The notes under the pieces: generated by a model
Seen by the model: the letters and a program-made list of their open reading frames with translations, nothing else
Databases searched by the model: none
What the model was told of the DNA's origin: nothing
Origin: a virus
Lineage: Duplodnaviria; Caudoviricetes
Length of the DNA: 64,000 nt
IMG/VR virus record: IMGVR_UViG_3300035492_000236
Reading direction: 5' to 3' (one strand)
In this document: positions 10,198 through 20,370 of the stretch, in pieces
How the letters are laid out: each line of letters begins with the position of its first letter
How positions within the stretch are numbered: the first letter of the stretch is position 1
Made by a program: the position numbers and the translations under genes

Positions 10198-11442
10198 TTA
10201 GGCAGCTTTGTAAGCACCGATAGACGCGGCGATGTAGCCAGCGATACCGGCACCGGCGTTCTTCAGACCGGTAATCACAGCACGCTCTTGGGCCTTGGCG
10301 TTGCCAACCACTTGACGGGCCTTGGCCAGGTCGGCTTTGGCTTTACGCTCCTTGTCAGAGTCGCTGTCCTTCTTGGCGTCTTTAACAGCCTTGGCAGCTT
10401 CACCCACTGCCTTGGCCAGCTCTTCCATGGCGGCATTGGCGTCACGGAAACCTTTCAGTTTGGTTTCCAGAGCGTCGCCGATGGCGTACAGGGCCTCAAC
10501 ACCAGCTTTACACTTGGCAGCGTCCAGGGGCTGGATCTTTTCTTTACCGGCCGGCTTGTCCGGGGCGGCTACGAAACGGGTGTAAGCGATGTCGTTATGG
10601 GTGTAATCGACCACGTAAGCATTGCCAGGCAGCGCGCGAACGTTCAGGTTGGTAGCGCCCTGAGGAACGATGGCCAGCTTCTTGGAAACTTTCTTACCGA
10701 ACTCGGTAGTGGCGGTTTTGGCACCATCGCCCACGGGAGAGCCACCGCGAACCAGTTTGTTGGCGTCGCTAACAGAAGCTGCAACTTTGGTGGCCAGTTT
10801 GTCCAGCGAGGCGCTGTCTTTACCCAGACCCACGCAGAAGTCGTAGTTGAAAGCTTCGTCCACGGTAAGCTGTTTAACCCAGCCACCATCAACTTCTTTC
10901 TTGTCCTGCACGCCCAGACCCTTGTTCAGACGGGCTTCCAGTTTCTCGGCGCGCTTCTTCAGCGACTTACCGGCGTTGGTCAGCTTCAGCAGCTGGTCTT
11001 TGGCCTTGGCGATCAGCTCTTTCAGCCACTTAACGAAAGTGTCCCACATGTTAGCGGCAGCGTCTTTCAGGGACTCTACAGCCACCTGGGTGGCACGACG
11101 ACGGCCATCGGCAGAGGAGAAGGATTCCAGGCCAACTTTCTGGCGCTTCACGCCCCACTTGGCGGTGAAGGCTTCGGCGGCGATTTCGGTGGCGCGGGCG
11201 GCAGTTTCATCCATGCCGTCTTCTTCCAGAGAAGCTTCGGCGTTGTCGGTCAGGGCGTCCAGTTGCTCCTGGTCATGCTCCAGTTCTTCACCGTCAGCGA
11301 TCAGGCTTTCGATGTCCTTGTCCTGGCCTTCGATTTCCACCAGGTCGGCTTCCAGAGTTTCGGAAGGCACTTCCATCAGGTCGGCGTTTTCTACGTTCTC
11401 GTCGAACTCTTCAACCGCAACCCAGCTTTTACGATAAGACAT
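10198..11442 (-). CDS. Abundant internal head protein (phiKZ gp93-97 / SPN3US gp53-54 paralogue family)
   Basis: Start ATG 11442 (MSYRKSWVAVEEF), RBS AAGGA. Acidic propeptide with AxE/xLE sites (VAVEE, VGLESF, VAVESL), Ala/Lys-rich mature region, highly biased codons. Confidence 0.75.
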   Translation of the reverse strand: MSYRKSWVAVEEFDENVENADLMEVPSETLEADLVEIEGQDKDIESLIADGEELEHDQEQLDALTDNAEASLEEDGMDETAARATEIAAEAFTAKWGVKRQKVGLESFSSADGRRRATQVAVESLKDAAANMWDTFVKWLKELIAKAKDQLLKLTNAGKSLKKRAEKLEARLNKGLGVQDKKEVDGGWVKQLTVDEAFNYDFCVGLGKDSASLDKLATKVAASVSDANKLVRGGSPVGDGAKTATTEFGKKVSKKLAIVPQGATNLNVRALPGNAYVVDYTHNDIAYTRFVAAPDKPAGKEKIQPLDAAKCKAGVEALYAIGDALETKLKGFRDANAAMEELAKAVGEAAKAVKDAKKDSDSDKERKAKADLAKARQVVGNAKAQERAVITGLKNAGAGIAGYIAASIGAYKAA

Positions 11443-11544
11443 GTGTATTTTCCTTTTATGGTTAACCATTACAACAAACTAAACCTACACAATATAGGTC
11501 GATTTGGAAATAGGGCCCGTTCAAGGTGAACAGGGGGTTGCCCC

Positions 11545-12093
11545 TCACAAAGAGGGGCGATGATCCATCACTGCGTAAATCTTCGACAGCGCTGTCAGAG
11601 TTTGCAGCATATCATCGATGCCGTTTTTACGGAGTAACCACATATGCAGGATGTCTCGGTGTGCATATGATAGTAACTCTTTACGCACATGGCCTTGTCC
11701 AAAGGATGGTGCCGTGACCCGATTGTCGCCTTTGAAGCGCGCAAACTGTTGTCCGGTGATACTGCCTTTGTTACCGACCAGTCCTTCTTTAGGAGTGTCA
11801 TAGATATCGTTAATGATACCAGCCCACAGTTCCAGCCGGATAGGCCGACCTTCACCCAGGATGAAACCCACAGACTCATTATAGAAACGACGCACAGTGT
11901 CGCTGTCATACAATGCACCTGTGACCGGCGGTTTGGCTGCAAAGCCAGACATCAGCGGAATCAACGTTGCACATACTTCGATCACACTATGGATTGTTTC
12001 AAACCGACGAGCTTGCATCGGGTTCGCTTGAAACAGCGTCCACAGGTCATCGAGCTGCACAATCGAGGCCTTAACTCGGTCGATTGAGACCAT
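11545..12093 (-). CDS. Virion head protein (phiKZ gp91-like by synteny)
   Basis: 182 aa ORF overlapping the upstream gene in the head cluster. Confidence 0.5.
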   Translation of the reverse strand: MVSIDRVKASIVQLDDLWTLFQANPMQARRFETIHSVIEVCATLIPLMSGFAAKPPVTGALYDSDTVRRFYNESVGFILGEGRPIRLELWAGIINDIYDTPKEGLVGNKGSITGQQFARFKGDNRVTAPSFGQGHVRKELLSYAHRDILHMWLLRKNGIDDMLQTLTALSKIYAVMDHRPSL

Positions 12094-12997
12094 ACTTCTT
12101 CTCCATCTTCTCGATCTTCTGCTTGATGAGGTTGAGACGTTCTTCTTCGTCTTTCAGGCGTCGCTCCAATGCCGCATCACCTTTACCTTGCTCCAGTCGC
12201 TGCTTGATCAGGATGGTCCGGTACTCCAAAGCACGAGCGTCCGCCTTAGCTTGATCGTAGCGGGCCAACTGACGCTCCGCCCAGATCATACCAATACGGT
12301 AACTAAAGGACAGCGGGAAGGGCAGGTTGGCCATGTGGAACGGGTCCATGCGACCACTCCCCACCACGACCCGCATGTCGGCTTCGGCGGTGGCATCGAT
12401 CAACATGTCGGGAATCTTACCCAGATCGCTTTCCAGTTGCTTGGCGTCGGTATCCATGATACGCATTGCAATCACGAACGAGTGACGATTGGCCATCAGG
12501 TATTGCTGGTCATCTGGCGCGACGCCATCCAACGGGCGGCGACTATCGGACAGGTTGTTCAGTTCTACCGCCGACACATAGTTGAAGTACAGCCGTGCGT
12601 AGTTCACGAAGAACTCGGCCACCTCGGCCAGCTGCAGCAAATTGGCTTTGCCAAAGGTCAGACCACTGGACACCACACGTGCACCGAACTCTTTGGTCAC
12701 CTGGTTCTTCAGCAGCGGCAACGTGGTCTGCATGTTGGTGGCCACTTTGTGGATCAACTCCAGGCTGTTGGCATCGCGGTACGGTACCTTGCCTTTATAA
12801 CCGGTGACAATCACGTCGTTCAACTGCTTAACTTCAGCGGATGCCCAGTCACGTTTGCCAGGGAGGGCTTCCGCCAGTGCTTTCATCGACGGAATGGTCT
12901 CACTGTCGAGCTCATCCGCCAGGTTCATCAGACTATCGCGCAGAGACGATGCCTCAAACGACGGCAGCATCCCTTTAATGTATTCAACCACACTCAT
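12071..12997 (-). CDS. Internal head protein (phiKZ gp90-like)
   Basis: 308 aa with a C-terminal coiled coil; synteny. Confidence 0.6.
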   Translation of the reverse strand: MSVVEYIKGMLPSFEASSLRDSLMNLADELDSETIPSMKALAEALPGKRDWASAEVKQLNDVIVTGYKGKVPYRDANSLELIHKVATNMQTTLPLLKNQVTKEFGARVVSSGLTFGKANLLQLAEVAEFFVNYARLYFNYVSAVELNNLSDSRRPLDGVAPDDQQYLMANRHSFVIAMRIMDTDAKQLESDLGKIPDMLIDATAEADMRVVVGSGRMDPFHMANLPFPLSFSYRIGMIWAERQLARYDQAKADARALEYRTILIKQRLEQGKGDAALERRLKDEEERLNLIKQKIEKMEKKYGLNRPS

Positions 12998-13011
12998 GGT
13001 CAGTTCCTTAT

Positions 13012-14247
13012 TTAGATGACAGGGGCATTGCCGGCTTGGTAGGCCTTTACAATGTCTTCTACGTTGTTGTTAGCGCCCTTGGAGGCACGCTTCAGGTCAC
13101 TCTTGGATAGGGTATTGGACGCATCCACAGACCGGTGGTAGAAGGTCACAGTGTCCCACTTGGTGTCCACTACAGCCATGATCATAGCGGCGGTGCTGGC
13201 AAAGACTTTCTCCCGCACTTTGAAGTTATCCAGATCGTCACCGAAGTGGAAGGCGGCTTCGTCGGCGGTTTCCTGCGACATCACCAGAAACGCCGAAGCG
13301 TTATTAATGGAGGGAGACAGCGAGAACAGGCCAGACAGGAAGTTACGATTACGGCGACGCATCATATGCTCATAGAAGCCCGATTTGTCACGCACACGCG
13401 CCCGGCGGGCTTCTGCAACCAGATCGTGGCAGAACAGCAGGTCTTTAACGAACGACAGATCACCGTTGCGCATCCGACGCCAACGGGTACTGAAAGTGTT
13501 ATCCACGCCGGCGGCAGAGACGATGGTCTTCATTGACTCTTGGTCGGTGTTGGTTACGGCCAAACGGATGGTCAGTGGCACAGTGATCTTGTTACCATTG
13601 CGCTCCAGGGTCAGCTCCAGCATTTTACCTGTAGACAGATTGGACAGCTCATCGATGGTCTTCAGGTCATTGCGACCGAAGCCACCACCACCGCCTTTTT
13701 TGCCGTCACCTTTACCGCTATCGACATTAACGTTCTGATTGACGTTAACGTTCACTTCGGTTTCTTCGGTGATCTGTTCGCCACGCAGCCGGCGTTGTTC
13801 CCGCTTCAGTTCTTCGGTGACCTTGTCCGCTTCCAGCGCGAAGCACTCAGCGGCGATAGAACCGTGGTAGGCGGGACCGCTGGACGGCAAGCCGTATTCC
13901 AGCGACTCCGTACCAACAAACTTGTAGATGGCGGCACCTGACCCCAAGATCGATTCGATCGGGTCACGTTTTACAGCCAGTTTATCCAGCACACGTTTGA
14001 CGTTGATCTCCGGCACATCCACCAGCAGCGTGGCAGCGCTCAAAAAGTACCCAGAGATCAGGGACAGACCCCGGTCCAACACGTCCGGCAGGTAATCCAG
14101 ATACAGCAAGTCGTTTTCGACCAGGGTCAAAAAGTCGTTGCGGGTGGTCCGGGTATATTCCGGCAAGGAATCACCCCGCTGCGCAAACAGATCAGGCAGG
14201 TTCGTCACGATGCCTGACAGCAGGGTTTTGGTTTCTTCTGCTAACAT
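13012..14247 (-). CDS. Internal head protein (phiKZ gp89-like)
   Basis: 411 aa with candidate cleavage motifs ESLEY, IAAEC and FALEA; synteny; divergent from the gp88/87-like pair. Confidence 0.6.
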   Translation of the reverse strand: MLAEETKTLLSGIVTNLPDLFAQRGDSLPEYTRTTRNDFLTLVENDLLYLDYLPDVLDRGLSLISGYFLSAATLLVDVPEINVKRVLDKLAVKRDPIESILGSGAAIYKFVGTESLEYGLPSSGPAYHGSIAAECFALEADKVTEELKREQRRLRGEQITEETEVNVNVNQNVNVDSGKGDGKKGGGGGFGRNDLKTIDELSNLSTGKMLELTLERNGNKITVPLTIRLAVTNTDQESMKTIVSAAGVDNTFSTRWRRMRNGDLSFVKDLLFCHDLVAEARRARVRDKSGFYEHMMRRRNRNFLSGLFSLSPSINNASAFLVMSQETADEAAFHFGDDLDNFKVREKVFASTAAMIMAVVDTKWDTVTFYHRSVDASNTLSKSDLKRASKGANNNVEDIVKAYQAGNAPVI

Positions 14248-14279
14248 AATTCGATTACTCCGGTGAAGGAAAGTTTAAC

Positions 14280-15413
14280 ATGTCAGAACACGACAATCAG
14301 GTCCCCACAGATTACAGCGATCCGGCCACGCTGGAACTTATTAGCAAGCTCCGTCGGCGACGTGTAGATCGGCTGACCGGACGTGGCGATGCGGCCTCGC
14401 CTATCACAAACACATTAATGGGGTTTAACCATAGAATGGCGCCGACACAGGTGCCGAAGAACCGGGAGCGGGTCGGGTACACCTTTTTTACCCGCCCTGA
14501 CATGCACATTACCAGGGAGACCGCACGGGCCTCACGACGCATCCAGAAGTTGGTCGACATGCCCATGAATAGTGCTCAGCGGGCAATCATTGCCATGCTA
14601 GACCCCCTGTCGGAATTCACCACTATGGTTAAAGGCAACACCGCGCTGGGACTACGTTGCCACCCCGACATCCCGTTTGATAACCGCCAGGCCTTTCTCC
14701 CCATCCTAAGCAACCGCCTGGTGTCATTGTCAGGATTTCCTGACAATACCTTGGATGTGTACCTGTCGAATGAGGGTATTAAGCGAGAACAATTTGCTTT
14801 AATCGACTCACACTACGCGGTGAACAACGCCTACACGTTAAACGCCGTGTTTCAGAACCTGGACAAGGACATCATCACCGAACTACTATCCACTTGGCTG
14901 GAATTAATGTCCGGGTACTTTGACGGAACTTTCATTCCCCGGATGCGCAACATGGTCCAGCATGAAAAGAATTACGAGACTCGCATTTATCGGTTGCTGA
15001 TGGACCCCACCAACCGCTTCGTTACGAAGATCGGGGCGGGGATTGCCGGCTTCCCTGTTAACGACACTCTCGGTTCGGTCATGAATGTCGACACAGCCAA
15101 TCTGTTAACTGAAGCCAATGACCAGATCAACGTGCAGTTCCAGATGGTGGGGGCACAGTACCTCGACCCGATCTTGGTGGAGGAGTTCAACGCCACCGTA
15201 GCGCTATTCAATCCAGACATGGTGCCGGAAGATTACAGTGCGGACGTATACCGACCTTCTGGCTGGGAGAACTTGGCACGTCTTTACCCTGACGAATTGG
15301 CAACGTTCAACTACTACGGCTACCCGTACATAGATCCACAAACCATGGAGTTACAATGGTACGTGGACGTCGAAGACTATCATCGTATCCTAGAGGAAAC
15401 TGGCAATGGCTAA
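14280..15413 (+). CDS. Virion structural protein (phiKZ gp88-like), probably tail-tube-like baseplate protein
   Basis: 377 aa with GYTFFTRPD and PILSNRLVSLSGFPD motifs; plus-strand pair with the 976 aa gene as in phiKZ. Confidence 0.55.
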   Translation: MSEHDNQVPTDYSDPATLELISKLRRRRVDRLTGRGDAASPITNTLMGFNHRMAPTQVPKNRERVGYTFFTRPDMHITRETARASRRIQKLVDMPMNSAQRAIIAMLDPLSEFTTMVKGNTALGLRCHPDIPFDNRQAFLPILSNRLVSLSGFPDNTLDVYLSNEGIKREQFALIDSHYAVNNAYTLNAVFQNLDKDIITELLSTWLELMSGYFDGTFIPRMRNMVQHEKNYETRIYRLLMDPTNRFVTKIGAGIAGFPVNDTLGSVMNVDTANLLTEANDQINVQFQMVGAQYLDPILVEEFNATVALFNPDMVPEDYSADVYRPSGWENLARLYPDELATFNYYGYPYIDPQTMELQWYVDVEDYHRILEETGNG

Positions 15414-18336
15414 CCACATTCGAGCATTACTGGCAGACATGCGCAAAGTGATGTACAACCCCTCCCTGTTGCAAGATGCGGTTCTGGATACCTTAACCGC
15501 AGTGAATGATGGAGAGGACATTGAGATCCTCGATCCAAATAACCCGGTGGTGTTTTCTATCGAAGCTGCCGCCACCCTCGCCCAGGCCAGCATCGAACAG
15601 GGACAGAAAGTCCTGCGGCGGCGTAATGCAGTCATGGCCACGGAATGGGAAGACCTTTACGGCCACATGTCTGACCGCGACACATTGGGTCGGTTTGCGC
15701 AACCGGCGCGCACCACAATCGCCCTACTCATCGGTAAAGATGAAGTGATGAACAAAGCGATGCCGCGCGATCATTCAGGTGTGCGAAAACTGGTGATTCC
15801 CACCGACACTGAAATCATCGTAGCGGGACACCCTTTCACTTTGCAATACCCGATTGAATTCCGGGTCATGCCGTATGGCGGCATTCAGGTGATTTACGAC
15901 ACCAGCGTTCAATCGCCGATCCGCGAACTGTCCAGCAACACCCTCGACTGGCGGATGGCATCCGTCCCGTACGACGGACGACCCATCGACACCATGATCG
16001 TGCAGATACCAGTCCTACAGTACCGCATTACACCATTCACTGACGTTATCACCGAAGGGGTGAGTTGGCGTCATCGCTATCAGTTCGAAGACCAGTACTT
16101 CACTGCGCGTGTGTGGGTACGTGAACGCACCACCTGGAAGGAGATCGGCACCACCCACTCTATTGAGGTTATCGATCCCCTTAAGCCCACTGCCCAACTG
16201 CAAGTACTGAATAATGAACTGCAGGTGCATATCCCGGACGTGTACGTTCGCACGGGACTGGTACGCGGCGATGTTCGGGTGGACATATACACCACGCGTG
16301 GCAAAGTGGAACTTGACCTGTCCAAGTACGAGGCCAGTGACTACCAGTTCGTGCTGCGGGATTTAAGTGGACGCATTGATCGCCAGTTCTACACACCACT
16401 GAACACGTTCTCTCAACTGTCAATGATGTCTGCCGACCAACTCCGTGGTGGGCGCCCTGCCCTGACTTTCATGGAATTCAGGGACCGGGTGATCGATAAC
16501 TCATTCGGCGCACGCAAGTTACCAGTGTCTGAGAAGCAGCTGGAAACCGCCCTGGCCGACGAGGGTTTCAGTGTGGTCAAGAGCATTGACTATGTGACTG
16601 AGCGGATCTACTTGGCTTCCATCGACATGCCAGAGTCCACCATCCCTGGGTTATCTACCGCCATCGGCACCATGAACGGCATCGTAACGGCCAGCGTGGC
16701 CACGCTGGCCACGCTAGATACCGTGAAGGACAACGGCAAGCGGCTGACGATTCTACCTTCCACACTGTACCGTTACCAAAACGGTGAGGTTACGTTGGAC
16801 ACCGTCGGTGGGTTAGGTGAGTACCTGCGAATGGAGGCCAATCAGCTGGTGGCGGAAGTAAATGCCAACACCCTTTTATACACGCCGTTTCATTACGTGC
16901 TGGATATCAATGGGGAGATTGCTGAGAGCCGACCGTACTATCTCAGCAGTCCCGCCATCACAAACAAACGGTTCAACACCACCAACGAGACCTTGGCGTT
17001 GGAGGTATCAACTGACACATACAACCTGGAACCCCACGACCGTGGCTATCGGCTACTGATCAAAACCAAGAGCGACAAGACGTATCGTTCCTTAAAGAAC
17101 GAACAGTGTCATGTGCAGATCAGCTTCACTCCACGGGGTTATGTTGGCCAGTATGCGTATCTGGATGGAACCTATGTCGGTACGGATCCGGACGGTGAGC
17201 GGGTGTTTGAGTTTATCCTCGACACCAACCTTGATATCGATCGAAATCACGACTTGATTGTGACGAACTTTATCATGGTTGGCGATAGTGTAACGCCCAT
17301 CCCCATGCCATTGAATGTCAACATGAATGTGATTTACAGTGTGTCTGATTACACCACTCCTGATTACCGGGCGGTGGAGGTTGATCGCATTCTGCGCTCA
17401 CGTGATTTCGGGGCAAAGGCGGCGACCCATGAAGAGCTACGGTTTGACCTGGGGTCACATCTGGGCGCACTCTGGGCCAACACACGCACTGTGGCAGGCA
17501 CGCTCCATTACGTTAGACATGAAGAGGATGTCTATGACACCTATGCGGAGGACGTCTATGAACGGGATGAGGTGCTGGGAACGCACAAGTACACCATCGA
17601 GACCGTTGATGGCAAACCTGTGGTAAAGCGTAATCTACTGCACAAAAAAGGCGATCCTGTATTGAAGAACGGTGAGCCTGTAGTACTACACCAGGCAGGC
17701 GATGTGGTACTGGGCAGTGACGGTAAGCCCATCATCGCACAACCTCGTAAGGTATTGCGGCGAATGGAGATGTTCTTAATGGACGCCAAATTCCTGATCT
17801 CTCAAACACAGGAGACCCAGGAATACCGGAAGATGGTTGAACAGCAGTTGCTCAAGTACATTCTGGTTGACATTCCCTCGGTCGACACTAGATTACTGGA
17901 AAAGACCTCACTGTATTTCTTCCCCAAAACCACCATGGGCATGTTGGATGTATTGTTGGGCGATGGTAATATTACCAAATTGCCTGCCGAGACCCGGTTC
18001 TCCATCAGGTACTACCTGACAGGAGCTACGCGTCAGAACGGCGACTTCCTCAACGCGTTGGCAGAGACCACCCGGTCAGCCATTAAGGTGAACTTGCGGG
18101 GGCAGACAATCTCAGCGTCGGCCATTACCGCGGAAATCAGACGTCGTCTTGGCGACGAGATTATCGATGTGGAAATGGACGGTATTGGCGAGGGGCAGGA
18201 TATCTTCATCTTCAGCATGAAGGACCCGTCAGCTCGCCCTGCAATTGGGAAGAAGTTGTCGGTCAATCCGGACTGGTCCGTATCGATTCGTGACGACATC
18301 TCAATTGCCTATAACCGGCATGATGTGACAGCATAA
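15406..18336 (+). CDS. Large virion structural protein (phiKZ gp87-like), probably baseplate wedge
   Basis: 976 aa, beta-rich, translationally coupled to the gp88-like gene; synteny. Confidence 0.6.
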   Translation: MANHIRALLADMRKVMYNPSLLQDAVLDTLTAVNDGEDIEILDPNNPVVFSIEAAATLAQASIEQGQKVLRRRNAVMATEWEDLYGHMSDRDTLGRFAQPARTTIALLIGKDEVMNKAMPRDHSGVRKLVIPTDTEIIVAGHPFTLQYPIEFRVMPYGGIQVIYDTSVQSPIRELSSNTLDWRMASVPYDGRPIDTMIVQIPVLQYRITPFTDVITEGVSWRHRYQFEDQYFTARVWVRERTTWKEIGTTHSIEVIDPLKPTAQLQVLNNELQVHIPDVYVRTGLVRGDVRVDIYTTRGKVELDLSKYEASDYQFVLRDLSGRIDRQFYTPLNTFSQLSMMSADQLRGGRPALTFMEFRDRVIDNSFGARKLPVSEKQLETALADEGFSVVKSIDYVTERIYLASIDMPESTIPGLSTAIGTMNGIVTASVATLATLDTVKDNGKRLTILPSTLYRYQNGEVTLDTVGGLGEYLRMEANQLVAEVNANTLLYTPFHYVLDINGEIAESRPYYLSSPAITNKRFNTTNETLALEVSTDTYNLEPHDRGYRLLIKTKSDKTYRSLKNEQCHVQISFTPRGYVGQYAYLDGTYVGTDPDGERVFEFILDTNLDIDRNHDLIVTNFIMVGDSVTPIPMPLNVNMNVIYSVSDYTTPDYRAVEVDRILRSRDFGAKAATHEELRFDLGSHLGALWANTRTVAGTLHYVRHEEDVYDTYAEDVYERDEVLGTHKYTIETVDGKPVVKRNLLHKKGDPVLKNGEPVVLHQAGDVVLGSDGKPIIAQPRKVLRRMEMFLMDAKFLISQTQETQEYRKMVEQQLLKYILVDIPSVDTRLLEKTSLYFFPKTTMGMLDVLLGDGNITKLPAETRFSIRYYLTGATRQNGDFLNALAETTRSAIKVNLRGQTISASAITAEIRRRLGDEIIDVEMDGIGEGQDIFIFSMKDPSARPAIGKKLSVNPDWSVSIRDDISIAYNRHDVTA

Positions 18337-18340
18337 GACG

Positions 18341-18373
18341 CTAGGGTGGGGATCTCCCCACCCTAGTTCTTTT
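18341..18373. terminator. Bidirectional terminator between convergent genes
   Basis: 12-bp perfect stem CTAGGGTGGGGA/TCCCCACCCTAG followed by TTCTTTT. Confidence 0.8.
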
Positions 18374-18380
18374 ATGTGTG

Positions 18381-19922
18381 TCAACTCACCCGTTTGGTGC
18401 CACGGTCTACAATTTCCACCGCGTAGCGTGCACCTTCGGCCAACTTACCCAAGGCTGCGAACGACATTTGAACCACGTTCATGACATCCTTAGTCAGATC
18501 CAGCGTGGACATCAAGGCATCCATGATCTCGATTTCCTGCTTCTGATCGGAGTTAGGTATGTCTACCAAGATCGGCTGGGTCAGGTACGATCCTTCGCCT
18601 GCTTTTCCTTTTAGCAGCTTTATAGAAGCATTCAGATCACTCATGCGCTTGCGCAGGACGGACAAATCTGACTCAAATCGCGGCTTACCCTTTTCATCAA
18701 AGATACTCCGGTGTAACCGGCCGAGCTGATCCAGCCCTTTCTCTGACATCAGTCCAGTCACCACCTTACGATGACGAGCTGGGCTGATTACCTTACCTTT
18801 CTGGTAATCGCCATCCACCCACATCCCCACGTAGTTACCACTACGTTCGTTGATCGCATCCAGCACGGTGCGGAACTCAGGATCAATGGCAGCACGGAAC
18901 TTACCCGATCGCAGGCCACGGTCCGTCATTGTGGCCGACGGCATGTCTGTCTCAAACGTGATAATTGGGGCAGGATCCTGTCGTTTGTTGTCAATGGCGC
19001 GGCTGGCTGTACCTAACATGTGAATGACAGACTGCACTGCACGCTTGAGGTCACCATCGACAACGTATTGACCGTCTGAACCTTTTTCAGGCTCGCGAAT
19101 TCGACCGACCTGCTCCACAGTTGAGCGAAGTACGTCAATCAAACTGCTGGCACGGCTAAGCCAATTGTGCATGGCCAGGAAGTGGGTTGATGTCATCTGG
19201 ATCTTACCATCCTTACCCTCCCACTCGTACGCTTCCAATACTTGAGGAATGGCACCGTGTTTGGACAGCAACATCTCCCCCAGCACCATATGCTCCCGCG
19301 TATCGCGGTCGGTCAGGCGAAACACACTTCGTATGGAATCCGCATACAGTGCAGCGGCATCCTTAGCCTGACGCTCATCCAGCTTGGTTTTCTCCATCAA
19401 TGCAGACAGCCGATGTAGGTATCCGTTTTGTACGGAATCCTCAGACGTGAGATAACGACCAGGAAAACTGCCGGTGGCTGCTGAAGTGGTTACGGTAGAA
19501 GCGGCCGGCTCTTTTGCGACAGGGACAACCTTCTCCGCTGCTTCCTTCACGTCTTGATTTACTTTGTCCGTGTTAGTGATGGCACCGCCTTTACCACCCA
19601 GCGTACCGAAGGCATCGGACAACCAAGAGATCACCTTGGTAATCACGAAGATGATGGCCGCCGCCGCCGCTGTCAGCACACCCAGTCGTTTAAAGTCAAT
19701 GCGCTCCAAGGCCAGGCTACGCATGGTGTTGGACGGGAATGCCGTAAACGCCTTGATGTTTTTGTCACTGAAGATATCCGGACACACGGCTTCCAATACC
19801 GCAGCATCATCGCGCGACATACCTTCCAACGCAATCCGTTGGCGAATGACTTTCAAGTTATCCGCCACGGCCGTATATCGAAACGGCAATTCCTGCTCTT
19901 CAAATGCTTCCATGGCGAACAT
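18381..19922 (-). CDS. Internal head protein with cleaved propeptide (SPN3US gp45-47-like family)
   Basis: Start reassigned to ATG 19922 (MFAMEAFEE), RBS GGAGG. AxE sites FAMEA, IALEG and LALER, followed by the hydrophobic helix GVLTAAAAAIIFVITKVISWL. Confidence 0.65.
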   Translation of the reverse strand: MFAMEAFEEQELPFRYTAVADNLKVIRQRIALEGMSRDDAAVLEAVCPDIFSDKNIKAFTAFPSNTMRSLALERIDFKRLGVLTAAAAAIIFVITKVISWLSDAFGTLGGKGGAITNTDKVNQDVKEAAEKVVPVAKEPAASTVTTSAATGSFPGRYLTSEDSVQNGYLHRLSALMEKTKLDERQAKDAAALYADSIRSVFRLTDRDTREHMVLGEMLLSKHGAIPQVLEAYEWEGKDGKIQMTSTHFLAMHNWLSRASSLIDVLRSTVEQVGRIREPEKGSDGQYVVDGDLKRAVQSVIHMLGTASRAIDNKRQDPAPIITFETDMPSATMTDRGLRSGKFRAAIDPEFRTVLDAINERSGNYVGMWVDGDYQKGKVISPARHRKVVTGLMSEKGLDQLGRLHRSIFDEKGKPRFESDLSVLRKRMSDLNASIKLLKGKAGEGSYLTQPILVDIPNSDQKQEIEIMDALMSTLDLTKDVMNVVQMSFAALGKLAEGARYAVEIVDRGTKRVS

Positions 19923-19923
19923 G

Positions 19924-20355
19924 TCACTCACCTCCAGTGATCTGGGTAAAGGCAGCCTGCATTGCAGTGTGGAATTTACCAACCCACAACTCGTAATGGC
20001 TGGTCAGACCATCACCTGCCTTCAGGTCGGTATAAAAGGCGTCGGTGGACGGACCCACACGTGGGTTATTAATAGCGTGGTAGCGAGCCAGCCACAGTCT
20101 TTGTACATCCGCCAGTACTTGATCGGTGCGCACCAAGCAGATTTCATTCACCGAAGAAATCAGCTTCATGGCAGGCCCTTGCACCAGCGTGCGGTAGAAA
20201 CCCATGTCTCCACCCACCTCTCCAGCAAAGCACGGTGCGGAGTACGCGATGCTAGCCGCCAGACATTTCTCCAGAACCGTGCTCCGGTTCGGACCCACCA
20301 AACCAGAATTGACCTGAAAGCTGTGCAGGATCTCCCGCATGTTTGAATTACTCAT
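19924..20355 (-). CDS. Small virion head protein (phiKZ gp85-like by synteny)
   Basis: 143 aa, RBS GGAG, within the head operon. Confidence 0.55.
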   Translation of the reverse strand: MSNSNMREILHSFQVNSGLVGPNRSTVLEKCLAASIAYSAPCFAGEVGGDMGFYRTLVQGPAMKLISSVNEICLVRTDQVLADVQRLWLARYHAINNPRVGPSTDAFYTDLKAGDGLTSHYELWVGKFHTAMQAAFTQITGGE

Positions 20356-20370
20356 TGGTTTTCGTCTCCA

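Noticed and set aside
10288-11529. 413 aa plus-strand ORF
   Set aside because: Antisense to the highly expressed head protein gene, with no recognisable motif.
12188-13015. 275 aa plus-strand ORF, and similar ORFs at 20779-21573 and 21709-22293
   Set aside because: Antisense shadows of head-cluster genes.
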